DNA from: a virus
DNA: 64,000 nucleotides
Virus record (IMG/VR): IMGVR_UViG_3300005841_000032
Span: 1 to 64,000 of that record
Reading direction: 5' to 3' (one strand)
In this document: piece after piece, positions 27,647 to 37,212 of the stretch
Numbering within the stretch: position 1 is the stretch's first letter
How the letters are laid out: every line of letters begins with the position of its first letter
Position numbers and translations under genes: made by a program
Notes under the pieces: generated by a model
What the model was told of the DNA's origin: nothing
The model's database searches: none
Seen by the model: only the letters and a program-made list of their open reading frames with translations

Positions 27647-28013
27647 ATTTTATTTTCCACTTATCAATAGTTTGTTGCGCTATTGCGTCCGCATCTTCTC
27701 TCTGTTTATCGGTTAGCTCTTTCCACGCCATCCTAGTTATATATTCTGGAATACCAAGTTTCCAATGAACAGCGCAATGGCCTACAAAAGCACGTTGATT
27801 CACTGAGGCGTTAGTAAGGCTATTGATCATTGTTTGCGGCCATGCTTTTACTACTTTCTTCATTGCTCTACCATACTTAACCCAATCTCCTGTAAATCGT
27901 ATGGCTTTTCGCAACATCTTTCTTTCTAATTTTTCATCTTCAATCTTTTTCCACATTCCCGCTTTATAATCTTCCCACTCCCAATACGGTATCCAAACTT
28001 GTTTTAACTTCAT
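27591..28013 (-). CDS. Trp-rich hypothetical protein linked to IbrAB
   Basis: PYWEWEDY.AGMW, N.RAF.GH.A; overlaps the module. Confidence 0.7.
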   Translation of the reverse strand: MKLKQVWIPYWEWEDYKAGMWKKIEDEKLERKMLRKAIRFTGDWVKYGRAMKKVVKAWPQTMINSLTNASVNQRAFVGHCAVHWKLGIPEYITRMAWKELTDKQREDADAIAQQTIDKWKIKYAKEVRRVHRNMAKKVLS

Positions 28014-31000
28014 TAGAACAATTCTATTTGCGTTTTTTCGTTGCCATAAACAACGTTCTTTTTATTATATGTGTCAAATTTTATTTGTCCATTCATCATT
28101 AATCCTACTCCTTCACCTCTTTCTTCTATCTTATTTTTAAATCTTTCCCATTCACTGTTCCACAAAGTAATATCTACCAAATCATTATTATGATCAATAG
28201 TTAATTTACACATTTCCCCTTTCTTTGTTTTACGCTTAACTATTTCTTGAATGATTCCGCCTATCACCACATTACATCCTTCATTCTCTTTCATTTGAAC
28301 TTGATCGGACGTTACGTGTTGTTGATAATCGAATCCTAATTCGTCTACCATTGTACTGTAATCAAAATAACCAAAGCCCGATAAATTACGCTGCATTTTA
28401 TACCAATAGAATTCTTTGTAATGATCTTCGGGCAAGTCAGAATCTAATTTATATAGTGCATAAAATTGCTCCATTAGTTTTTTTCTTTGTAATGGATGTT
28501 GAATAGCATGTAAACTATCAAAACAACCTGAATAAATTAAATGCTTAACTACTCTACTGTTTACCGCTTGAGATTTGCAGCGTTTTACAAACTCTTCCAG
28601 CGAAAAAAAATCACCACGCTCTTCCCTTTCTTTAGCAATATAATTCAATGCTACTTCGCCTACGTGTTTAATCCTACCAATAGACCAATAGATTGAATTA
28701 GTTTCAAAATCGGTGTAGAATGTTGATTTAGATTTATTAACATCAGGCGGGTGAAGTTTTATTTGATCGAACTTTCTTAGCTCACTTACTCTTTTTGCTA
28801 CTTCATCATCACTTGCATGTTGTAAAGATACTGTCCAAAACTCAAGTGGATAATAATGTTTTATCCATGCTGTTTGATAACCAATGAGAGAATATTCAAT
28901 CGCGTGACTCAAGTTAAAAGAATACGCCGCAAACGCTTCAATCTTATTCCAAATTTTTTCTGCTTCAAATTTTACACAACCTCTTTCAACGCAACCCGCT
29001 ACAAATTTATCTCTATAACTTTGCATTTTCTCCAAATCTTTTTTACCTGTAGCCTTCCTTACGCCATCGCCTTCCGTTAAAGTAAATCCAGCTAATACTT
29101 GAACCATCCTAATAATTTGCTCTTGATACGTATAAAGACCGAAAGTATCCTTTAATATTTCTTCCGTTCCCCAATCATATTCAGGCTCTTTTTTACCAAA
29201 CTTAATCTTCGCATAATTCTCATGCGCTCCTGAATCCATAGGGCCGGGACGATAAAGGGCATTCATCGCTGCAAGTTCTTCTATGCTTTCAGGTTTTACT
29301 TCCCTACAATACGCCGCAAGTCCATCAGTAGTAAATTGGAATATGTCTTGCGTTAATCCTCTTTTGAATAAAGAATCGAACACCCTTTTGTCCTTAGTGT
29401 CTATTTTATTCAAATTTATTTTTACGCCATTGTGTTCTTCAATTAAGTCTATCATTTCTTTCAACTTGTCCAATTGACTTAATCCAAGAATATCAGCTTT
29501 CAAGAAACCACAATCATCTAATTGCGTTCCGTCCCACTCACTTATTAAAACCCCATCTATTAATTTACAAGGAAACCAATCGTATATGGTCATTCTTTGG
29601 CCATGCTTATTTTTTGTTGGTGTAATAATTACACCCGCCGCATGTATAGATGATGACTTTGGTTGGCCTAAAACTAATGGTATATCCTGAATAGCTTCTA
29701 AATGCTCATTGATAAATTGCTTTAACTTATTATTCCCTATTGTGGCATGAAAAATACTTGAATATTCTTCATTGCTTTCTTCAATCATTCCGCCAAAGTA
29801 ATTTATGTTTTGAGGTTCTTCACCGCGGAAACGCAACAAATCTCTAAACGCTGCCTTACTTTGCATTGTTGAATATGTACCAATGGAACAAACATTGTCT
29901 TTACCAAATCTTTGTTCCATATATCTTTTTACATCCTCTCTTCTTTCAGAGGCAAAATCGGTGTCAATATCCGGTAATCCTTTACCGATCCTAGATTCAT
30001 TCAAAAACCTTTCGAAGATAAGTCCATATTCAATCGGGTCTACTTTTGTAATATTACAAAGCAAAGCTATTAAACTACCACCAGCACTACCACGTCCAGT
30101 ACCCACCATTACATCATTAGCTTCGCACCAATTGATTATGTCTCTAAGAATTAAGAAATAATCAATGAAGCCACCTCTTGAGATTACATCATATTCTACT
30201 TCAATTCTTTGTGTATAAATATCTAAATCCTTTCCCTTATCAATGACATTAGTTTGTAATCCATCTTGAATTACACTCCAAAATAAATCTTCATTAGTTG
30301 CAAATTGTTCTTTCTCTTCTTCTGTCATTTCATATTTAGGCAAGTGAATTTCACCCGTCTTAATCTGAAAATTACATCCATCTGCTATTTCATTGGTGCA
30401 TTCTAGTGTCCTTTGCAATATTTCTAGTGCCCAATCTTCGCCTTTTGTTTCAAATAGTTCAATAGATTGCGCCGCTATGTCTTCTAATGACTTAAAATAT
30501 TGATCTTCCGATTGGTATTCAAATCCTACCTTTCCAATGAAGTTCAATATTTTCTTAACTGGATAATCTTCTTTATCCAGATAATAAGAATCAGGAATTA
30601 AAACTAATCCAATTATGTCATTATAATATTGTAAATATGTTTTAAGACAATTTAGACATTGAATGTCTCTTTGCTCTGCTTTATATTGAACGGGGTCGAA
30701 TTGAAAGTAATATTTTTCAAACTGTGATTCTAAATACCGCTCTATCAAATCAGGATTCAACATCGTGTCATTTTGAAACACACAATACAATCCTTTTGAA
30801 TTATTCAATAGATGTTCTTCTGTGATATGAGTAGAGTTATTATCTACATTTAATTGCTTGTGAATCCTTAGCAGATTAGCCCACCCTATGTCATTTTTGA
30901 CATATAGTTTTACCTTATATTCTTCCTTTTCTTTTCGTACCGTGTAAGTTGCTCCAATAATTGACTTTAATCCTGCTTTCTTTGCTGCCTGTTGGAATTT

Positions 31001-31438
31001 CAATGCCCCCGCAAGCGTATGTTTTTCAGCTATACCTACTGTTTTTATTCCTATCCATTTAGCTTTATTGCACCAATCAGTATAATTTCGAGAGCCTACA
31101 CATAGCTCATAGCCACCATGAATTCCAAGATATGGAAACCCGCTTAATTCTTTCGCTTGCCCTATGTGCTTTAGTATATTGAGTTGTATTTTTTCTTCTT
31201 TCGTTGAGCTTCTATATACCTTTCCTCCAAAAGAGAAACACCAGAAATCTACTAATATAGCTTCTGGTGCGTTTAATTCATCTTCATCAATGATTAAATT
31301 AAAATCATCATCAAATAATTTTCCTCTCTTTGGCTCTATACATAGATGATCTTTGCCATCTAACTTAAATGATCTATTACTAGTCCATTCAACATTTAGA
31401 TTATTAGACTCTATCCATTGTTTTATGAAGTCGATCAT
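28013..31438 (-). CDS. dnaE: DNA polymerase III alpha subunit (family C)
   Basis: PHP domain, GRGSAGGSL, FERFLN, PDIDTDF, HAAGV, YRPGP, YQEQ, YSFN.SHA. Confidence 0.95.
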   Translation of the reverse strand: MIDFIKQWIESNNLNVEWTSNRSFKLDGKDHLCIEPKRGKLFDDDFNLIIDEDELNAPEAILVDFWCFSFGGKVYRSSTKEEKIQLNILKHIGQAKELSGFPYLGIHGGYELCVGSRNYTDWCNKAKWIGIKTVGIAEKHTLAGALKFQQAAKKAGLKSIIGATYTVRKEKEEYKVKLYVKNDIGWANLLRIHKQLNVDNNSTHITEEHLLNNSKGLYCVFQNDTMLNPDLIERYLESQFEKYYFQFDPVQYKAEQRDIQCLNCLKTYLQYYNDIIGLVLIPDSYYLDKEDYPVKKILNFIGKVGFEYQSEDQYFKSLEDIAAQSIELFETKGEDWALEILQRTLECTNEIADGCNFQIKTGEIHLPKYEMTEEEKEQFATNEDLFWSVIQDGLQTNVIDKGKDLDIYTQRIEVEYDVISRGGFIDYFLILRDIINWCEANDVMVGTGRGSAGGSLIALLCNITKVDPIEYGLIFERFLNESRIGKGLPDIDTDFASERREDVKRYMEQRFGKDNVCSIGTYSTMQSKAAFRDLLRFRGEEPQNINYFGGMIEESNEEYSSIFHATIGNNKLKQFINEHLEAIQDIPLVLGQPKSSSIHAAGVIITPTKNKHGQRMTIYDWFPCKLIDGVLISEWDGTQLDDCGFLKADILGLSQLDKLKEMIDLIEEHNGVKINLNKIDTKDKRVFDSLFKRGLTQDIFQFTTDGLAAYCREVKPESIEELAAMNALYRPGPMDSGAHENYAKIKFGKKEPEYDWGTEEILKDTFGLYTYQEQIIRMVQVLAGFTLTEGDGVRKATGKKDLEKMQSYRDKFVAGCVERGCVKFEAEKIWNKIEAFAAYSFNLSHAIEYSLIGYQTAWIKHYYPLEFWTVSLQHASDDEVAKRVSELRKFDQIKLHPPDVNKSKSTFYTDFETNSIYWSIGRIKHVGEVALNYIAKEREERGDFFSLEEFVKRCKSQAVNSRVVKHLIYSGCFDSLHAIQHPLQRKKLMEQFYALYKLDSDLPEDHYKEFYWYKMQRNLSGFGYFDYSTMVDELGFDYQQHVTSDQVQMKENEGCNVVIGGIIQEIVKRKTKKGEMCKLTIDHNNDLVDITLWNSEWERFKNKIEERGEGVGLMMNGQIKFDTYNKKNVVYGNEKTQIELF

Positions 31439-31623
31439 TTATTAATCAGTGTATCTCTATATAATTTACATCCAAAATTATTCAAAAGATCATCAACTTC
31501 ATGAGTTATTAAAAATGATTCATCTAATGAATCTATTACTAATTGACATTCCCCCTTATGCCATATTTCATCGCCTATTTGCAATGATTCGTATCCAGTA
31601 TATTCAACTTCTTTCATTCTCAA
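31435..31623 (-). CDS. Hypothetical phage protein
   Basis: 62 aa, coupled on both sides. Confidence 0.5.
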   Translation of the reverse strand: MRMKEVEYTGYESLQIGDEIWHKGECQLVIDSLDESFLITHEVDDLLNNFGCKLYRDTLINK

Positions 31624-32162
31624 AATGTTTTATGTGTAAAGAATCTTTTTATTTTGTAGCAGGTATTTAAAGTTAACCCGGTGTAATTATCAGTTTGAAA
31701 GAAGTTATATTGTTGAGTTAATAGCATATCACTATCATCATCAATAATAGCGTATCTATAAAAGTCATAATATGGAACATTGAAATACTTTTCACAATTA
31801 TCTTTTAACCATAAACTAATTTCGGTTCCTCTTTCATATCCGGTTACGGGCGTTTTGTCAATAATGTTAAATGTGCCGCCACAAAATGAAAATATTGTTT
31901 TTAGTTCATCTACCGTCTTGTTCTTTCTCCATGTACTCGAAATTACGACTACGCTTTCCGTTTCTTCGCATAGCGCATTCAGTAACTTAATTCTCTCTTT
32001 ACTTATTTGGCTTGAATAATATTCTAACTCTTCTATTAGTTGTTTCTTAACACTTTTACGCAATTGCTTTTTAGCTTCTTTATAATCTTTAAATTGCAAA
32101 GATTCATAATGCAGTTGGCAATTAAGAACACCATCTATATCTAAGAAGATTAAATTTTTCAC
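31620..32162 (-). CDS. HAD-superfamily (Swiss-army-knife type) phosphatase
   Basis: IFLDIDGVLN, ISSTWR, RG.EI..WL, IIDDD.D. Confidence 0.85.
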   Translation of the reverse strand: MKNLIFLDIDGVLNCQLHYESLQFKDYKEAKKQLRKSVKKQLIEELEYYSSQISKERIKLLNALCEETESVVVISSTWRKNKTVDELKTIFSFCGGTFNIIDKTPVTGYERGTEISLWLKDNCEKYFNVPYYDFYRYAIIDDDSDMLLTQQYNFFQTDNYTGLTLNTCYKIKRFFTHKTF

Positions 32163-33145
32163 AGTTTACTTGTTAAATAACTCATATTGAAATCCATCCA
32201 ATCCTTTGAATTTTCAAGTAAACTTAATGCTTGTTCGCTATCAATTTCATTTGGATCGGCTTCATAAAGATAACTGATTCGTACATTAAAATGCAAGGCT
32301 GCTTTACTCGCTACTTGTTTTACTTTATCTAAAACATCTGCTTCGAACCATAACCAAATATTCTTTACTTTCTTTTTTTTCAATAGTTCTATTTGTTCAA
32401 TAGAAAGTTTCGCACCAAAGGTGGCTAAACATTTCATTTCTTCATTACCATCTAAACCTAAATTTGTATCTGTTTTGGTTTTACTGAATATTCCTTCCAC
32501 CAAAATCACGTCTGTGATTTTACCGGGTATTACTTCATCTATTCCAAATAGCATCTTAGAAAAATCCGTACTTGAGTTCTGATAACGCAAATATATTTCT
32601 TCTGTTCCGTTTTCTTTCTGCTTTTTGTTGTAATTATCTATCCATTCTTTACTTTTCTCCGATCTACCTACGTATCCAACCGTTTTACCGTCCATTTTTA
32701 CAAGGAAAGTAACGTAGTCTTTTTTCAGTCTTGACCGACCAACCTCATATTTCTGAAAATCGCCATCAGTAAACCCTCTTTTTCTTAAATATTCGTCCTC
32801 GAAAACTCTTTTCCAACCTATCGGAGGTTTTATTTCAGGCAGTTCTGTATTTAAAGGGCTAGAATCAATTTCTAGATTACTTGTGAGACGGCCAAATACA
32901 TTTACCTCACTTCGATACCCCTCGGAAAAATCTTTTATCTTACCTAAATATTTCAATAAATAACGGACATCGGTACCCCGAAAGCCACATTTGCCCCGGA
33001 AACAGCCGAATTTGTGAGGAGGCTCTAAAGAAACCCCGAATTCCGACATGGAACATGAGGGGCATCTTCCATATACGTTTTTACCTCTGGAATCTAAGTA
33101 AGAATCCTGTATTAAATCAAGTAACTGTTTTTCAGACAGTTTCAT
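32159..33145 (-). CDS. DNA primase (Zn finger + TOPRIM)
   Basis: CPSC...CF..KCG, YL.KRG, GYVGR, LVEG.F, ATFG. Confidence 0.85.
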   Translation of the reverse strand: MKLSEKQLLDLIQDSYLDSRGKNVYGRCPSCSMSEFGVSLEPPHKFGCFRGKCGFRGTDVRYLLKYLGKIKDFSEGYRSEVNVFGRLTSNLEIDSSPLNTELPEIKPPIGWKRVFEDEYLRKRGFTDGDFQKYEVGRSRLKKDYVTFLVKMDGKTVGYVGRSEKSKEWIDNYNKKQKENGTEEIYLRYQNSSTDFSKMLFGIDEVIPGKITDVILVEGIFSKTKTDTNLGLDGNEEMKCLATFGAKLSIEQIELLKKKKVKNIWLWFEADVLDKVKQVASKAALHFNVRISYLYEADPNEIDSEQALSLLENSKDWMDFNMSYLTSKL

Positions 33146-33404
33146 GAAATACTTTCCTGTACGTTTCGTTATCTATTTCATCAAAGTCAATGAATTTAAA
33201 GTCATTGCCGTCTTCATCGTAGTTTGTAAATACTACTTGCTTAATTCCTTCATCTGTTTTTGCAATATGGGTAAATCCAAATCCCTCACAAATAAGAGGC
33301 ATGTTTTCTCCCGGCTGCAATTGCGCATACATTTCATCTAAATCGAAGTCGCTAGACATTTCATTGGCATAGCGATCACAATACTGTTTAGAATACTCAT
33401 TCAT
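33132..33404 (-). CDS. Hypothetical acidic protein
   Basis: Start re-called to MNEYSKQ at 33404; ICEGFG. Confidence 0.55.
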   Translation of the reverse strand: MNEYSKQYCDRYANEMSSDFDLDEMYAQLQPGENMPLICEGFGFTHIAKTDEGIKQVVFTNYDEDGNDFKFIDFDEIDNETYRKVFHETV

Positions 33405-33645
33405 CGTTGCTGTGTTTATATTTATAAATGCCTCCGAATAATGCTCCAACAAAAGTTAATGCTACTTCGTCACACCCATCCATTTTCTTTTGAGAATTTA
33501 TATAGCATTGGTATTGCCAGTCTACACCCATAATAATTTCAACTCTATTCTCATTGCAAAATTGCTCGACTTCTTCAAATGAAATCTTAGACTTCCAAAA
33601 GTCAATTTCTTCTTTGTGATAATCGTGTGTAATATTATCGCTCAT
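33397..33645 (-). CDS. Hypothetical phage protein
   Basis: 82 aa, coupled. Confidence 0.5.
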   Translation of the reverse strand: MSDNITHDYHKEEIDFWKSKISFEEVEQFCNENRVEIIMGVDWQYQCYINSQKKMDGCDEVALTFVGALFGGIYKYKHSNDE

Positions 33646-33648
33646 ATA

Positions 33649-33828
33649 TCAATCGCTAATAATGAAAACAATTTCATCTGCTTCATTTTCTCCATCAGAA
33701 AATTTTATTTGCTGCACTTGTGCGTTTTCAACAAGTGTGCAAGTAAAATCATCGTTATGTTTTTCAATAAAGACGTCCATTGAATCGGAAACGTGTCTCA
33801 ATGCTTCTTTTAATTGTTTAACTGTCAT
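33649..33828 (-). CDS. Hypothetical phage protein (59 aa)
   Basis: Own translation MTVKQLKEALRHVSDSMDVFI...; ATGA-coupled to 33825 ORF. Confidence 0.55.
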   Translation of the reverse strand: MTVKQLKEALRHVSDSMDVFIEKHNDDFTCTLVENAQVQQIKFSDGENEADEIVFIISD

Positions 33829-34025
33829 ATCTCAATTATTTTGTTTCTGAATCCCCAAGCAACTGCATGAGCAGAATTATTAACATTAATTTTTTTATAC
33901 AATCTGCATTTAAGAGTTTCAATAGAACTATAAGCATACCCAAGAACTTTTGATGATTGATTAGTATCATCCCCATTAGCCATTGATCGTAAAAGAGCTA
34001 TATCTTTATTGCTTATTTCTCTCAT
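33825..34025 (-). CDS. LuxR-type HTH protein
   Basis: L..MANG...LG....SIET....LYKK..V.N.A.AV. Confidence 0.75.
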   Translation of the reverse strand: MREISNKDIALLRSMANGDDTNQSSKVLGYAYSSIETLKCRLYKKINVNNSAHAVAWGFRNKIIEI

Positions 34026-34246
34026 AATTCAGGCGCTTCAAGTGGTTGCCATGCAATAGGTTTTGAGTTACCGCGACCCCACCCACTATCGTCTTGTCCC
34101 CAATTATAATGCTTCCCGCCAGAATAACCATAGTCAACAACTGATTCAAGCCAACCAAATTCATATCTTTTATTACCCATATACATAAGAATCTTTTCGC
34201 CTATGTTAGGTAACTGGTCTTCTGGTTTTATCCAAAGGTTTTTCAT
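34022..34246 (-). CDS. DUF551-like small protein
   Basis: WI...DQLP...AWQPL..P. Confidence 0.6.
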   Translation of the reverse strand: MKNLWIKPEDQLPNIGEKILMYMGNKRYEFGWLESVVDYGYSGGKHYNWGQDDSGWGRGNSKPIAWQPLEAPEL

Positions 34247-36698
34247 CTGACTTTAATGGTTTATTCCTGATTATTTGTTTTTTCTCAACGTCCCAAAATT
34301 TCTTATTAGTTTCTGCTACATCTATAAATCTACCTTTAGCTACATCTTGCGCAATAGAGAATGTTGATTGCCAACTTTCAATCCTATAATGTCGCTTCTT
34401 TTCAATATGAAGTCTCATTACACTATTGTCATATTCATCCTCTGTTTGATTCAGAGTAAGCGCATAAGCAAATGGATCAAGTGTGGCTTTTAAATTTGAA
34501 ATATCATTTCTTGTTATTACCCAATTGGGATTATTCCAAAATTCTTTCTTTATATCGCTTGCCTGAGTTACCGCAGCTACTCCTATTTTAAATTCAGTAG
34601 CTATATTTATTATCTTTTCACTTGTTGCTTTTTTTCTTGTAGATGTTCCGTCCTGACCTGTGCTATATCTTTTACCGTCACCGGGGTCAAATCCCTCCAA
34701 AAGGTCAAATAGAACTAATCCTATCGGAGCTTCTTTTAACAAATCTATTAATATATTTCTACAATCCAAAATGGATGCGTTGTGAAATTGTTCAAATACA
34801 TGCACATAAATTTCACCTGCTTGCGCTAAATATGCTTGTTTGGCTTTTTCTATTTTTTTAATATCTGCTCCCGATAAATCACCTCTTCTAATATCATGTA
34901 CTTGCACCCCCGTCCACATTGCATCATATCCGTTTTCTATTTCTTCTTTAGTGCTATCGCCCGATGCAAGATGAAGGACTGGAATGCCTCTGAATGAAGC
35001 GTGAAAACCTAATGAGCGAAGCAAAGTTGTGTTATGAGTCACAATGCAATGGTCAGTTAAATAAAGACTCGTTGAATTATCCACTGCTATGCATTGCGTT
35101 TGCATTTTACCAACATATTCTATTTTATCTATAAATCTAGGCGTTAAATAGGATGTTTTAGGAACCACTCTTATTGCTTTTCTTTTTAAGAAGAATGGGT
35201 TAATTTCATTAGGTAAATTAATCATAACGTCATAAGCCAATCTCTTGGATATTCTTTTTTCACCCCTGTATGTATATTTTTTATATCCCCTGTTAACAAT
35301 GTGGCCGGTTCCACCTAATCCATTCACCAATTCTCTCACGTCTTCAGCTAATTTAAAGGAACTTGTATGAAATATTGAACAAGTTCCTTCTCCAGATAAA
35401 GAGCCATCAGTATCCATTAAGCCTCGTAATAAATTCACCCTATCATCTAATGATGAATATAAATAATTACATGGAATAAATTTATCGTATGAATGAATCT
35501 CTCTACCAAATAATTTCCTTAACCTACTTCCCAATTTGCAATAAGATAATCTATAGCTACATTTATCTATATGAATAGGCTTTATTTGCAGTTCATTTCC
35601 AACTCTTTCCAATATTTCTTTATCAATTGTGCTTATAGTTGGCGTTTCAAAAAAATGTCCATCTCCAATAAGCGCCCCCATAGTATATGGAGGTATTGGT
35701 AATTCTTTTTTATTAAAATTAATTGGTTTACAAATTGGCAGTTTATAATTCAAAACATTTTCGCGATCCCTGCACATGAAAATTCTTTCTTTTCCAATCA
35801 TTTCTTTCGTATTCAAGATAGTGTGTCTATCTGGGTCAATAAAGGTGGATGCATATCTCTTAGAGTCGGCTACTCTTTTTCTATCATTAGCTGTATACAC
35901 TTTCCATAAATGATTTTCATCACAATCTACGTATACCCCATCTGAAAAATGAATTCTGTATACATCTCTAATACCTTGAGGGAAAACACCAATAACTTTT
36001 ATCGTTTCACCTTTTTCAGATAAAACGCTATCTCCAACTTTTATTTCACCCATAGTGGTAAATCCATCAGGTGTATAAATTTTAGAATATAATGGTTGGG
36101 CTTTACCGCTTCCAGAACGAGCTACTACCAATAATCCTGTCCCGGCGTCAATCCCCCCGTGGGTTAAATGATCAAATGCTGGTAACCCCGTTGGTATCTT
36201 TGTTGTGCTGAAATCTCTATTCTGTCTTTCGTATTGCCGTTTATCGAATTGCTCATAAATTTTACTATACTGTTTTCGCTTTAATGAAAACTCATGCAAT
36301 TCTTTGTAACCATCTTTTGCTTCCACGTAGGCTTTATCGTACTCACCTCTCGCAAATAATTCCTCTGAACCTTTATGTAATTCAATAAACTTTGCGCGTC
36401 TTATATACTCTTCAAATGTTTCAAGTATGGTATCTTTCTTATCATATATATTGCATTCAGCAATCTTAGCAATAATACTAGTCGCGTCACGTGAATTAAC
36501 ATGTTGACTTATTAACCCAACTGTTGGCGTTTTATTATTTGCACTATGAAAATCAAAGATATATTTAAATATCTGTTTTTCAGGCTCGCTATTCAAATAC
36601 GAATATTGCAAATGAGCTTTAACAATCTCTAAAATGTTTTTAGAAACTATACAAGATTTTGCAAGTTCTATTATAAACTCACTATTTAACTGACTCAA
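34206..36698 (-). CDS. DnaB/gp41-like replicative helicase with intein
   Basis: IPTG...D....GG, ARSGSGK|TT, VLFD, VTQ, LNQ. Confidence 0.88.
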   Translation of the reverse strand: MSQLNSEFIIELAKSCIVSKNILEIVKAHLQYSYLNSEPEKQIFKYIFDFHSANNKTPTVGLISQHVNSRDATSIIAKIAECNIYDKKDTILETFEEYIRRAKFIELHKGSEELFARGEYDKAYVEAKDGYKELHEFSLKRKQYSKIYEQFDKRQYERQNRDFSTTKIPTGLPAFDHLTHGGIDAGTGLLVVARSGSGKAQPLYSKIYTPDGFTTMGEIKVGDSVLSEKGETIKVIGVFPQGIRDVYRIHFSDGVYVDCDENHLWKVYTANDRKRVADSKRYASTFIDPDRHTILNTKEMIGKERIFMCRDRENVLNYKLPICKPINFNKKELPIPPYTMGALIGDGHFFETPTISTIDKEILERVGNELQIKPIHIDKCSYRLSYCKLGSRLRKLFGREIHSYDKFIPCNYLYSSLDDRVNLLRGLMDTDGSLSGEGTCSIFHTSSFKLAEDVRELVNGLGGTGHIVNRGYKKYTYRGEKRISKRLAYDVMINLPNEINPFFLKRKAIRVVPKTSYLTPRFIDKIEYVGKMQTQCIAVDNSTSLYLTDHCIVTHNTTLLRSLGFHASFRGIPVLHLASGDSTKEEIENGYDAMWTGVQVHDIRRGDLSGADIKKIEKAKQAYLAQAGEIYVHVFEQFHNASILDCRNILIDLLKEAPIGLVLFDLLEGFDPGDGKRYSTGQDGTSTRKKATSEKIINIATEFKIGVAAVTQASDIKKEFWNNPNWVITRNDISNLKATLDPFAYALTLNQTEDEYDNSVMRLHIEKKRHYRIESWQSTFSIAQDVAKGRFIDVAETNKKFWDVEKKQIIRNKPLKSDEKPLDKTRRPVT
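35031..36101 (-). mobile_element. Class 3 (Ala1, WCT) intein with LAGLIDADG endonuclease (357 aa)
   Basis: AQPL start; HLW (block B), QCI.V (block F), VTHN|T; LLRGLMDTDG. Confidence 0.88.
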
Positions 36699-37210
36699 AT
36701 CTTTTCCTGTTTTTTCTTGATAACCATTATTTGTTTTTTGATCAAATGATTAACGTGAATTGTTTTCGTTCTTTTCCAATCAAACCAAACTCTTTCGAAA
36801 TCTTCTTTAGGTAACTTCTTAATTTTTCCATCCCACGGATCAAGTAAGAAAATATAGTTATCATTAATTCCAGCAACTACCGATGAATGACCGTTAGGGG
36901 TTCCGTTTTCTGTTGCATCTCCCGTAAACCAATCTACTATTAATGGTATTTCTTGCGCAAGATAATATTTAATATCTTCAAAGGAGCTATTATTTTTTAT
37001 TTTACATGATAAGCCGTAAGACTCTACGGCTTTTTTCATGTTAGTGTCATTTGTTCCTCTTTCGTATGTATGTTTGCTTCTTTTTGCTATCTCTTCTTCA
37101 CTCGCTTTTATTCCATAATACGATAAAACTATCCTAATAGATGCAGGACCACAAAGAGAATCATCGCTTTGTTTATACTTTCTTAATTTTAGCAGTTTGG
37201 GCCTAGGCAT
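36695..37210 (-). CDS. C39-like cysteine peptidase
   Basis: Q.....CGPA, GT, GH..VV.G, LLDP. Confidence 0.85.
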   Translation of the reverse strand: MPRPKLLKLRKYKQSDDSLCGPASIRIVLSYYGIKASEEEIAKRSKHTYERGTNDTNMKKAVESYGLSCKIKNNSSFEDIKYYLAQEIPLIVDWFTGDATENGTPNGHSSVVAGINDNYIFLLDPWDGKIKKLPKEDFERVWFDWKRTKTIHVNHLIKKQIMVIKKKQEKI

Positions 37211-37212
37211 TA

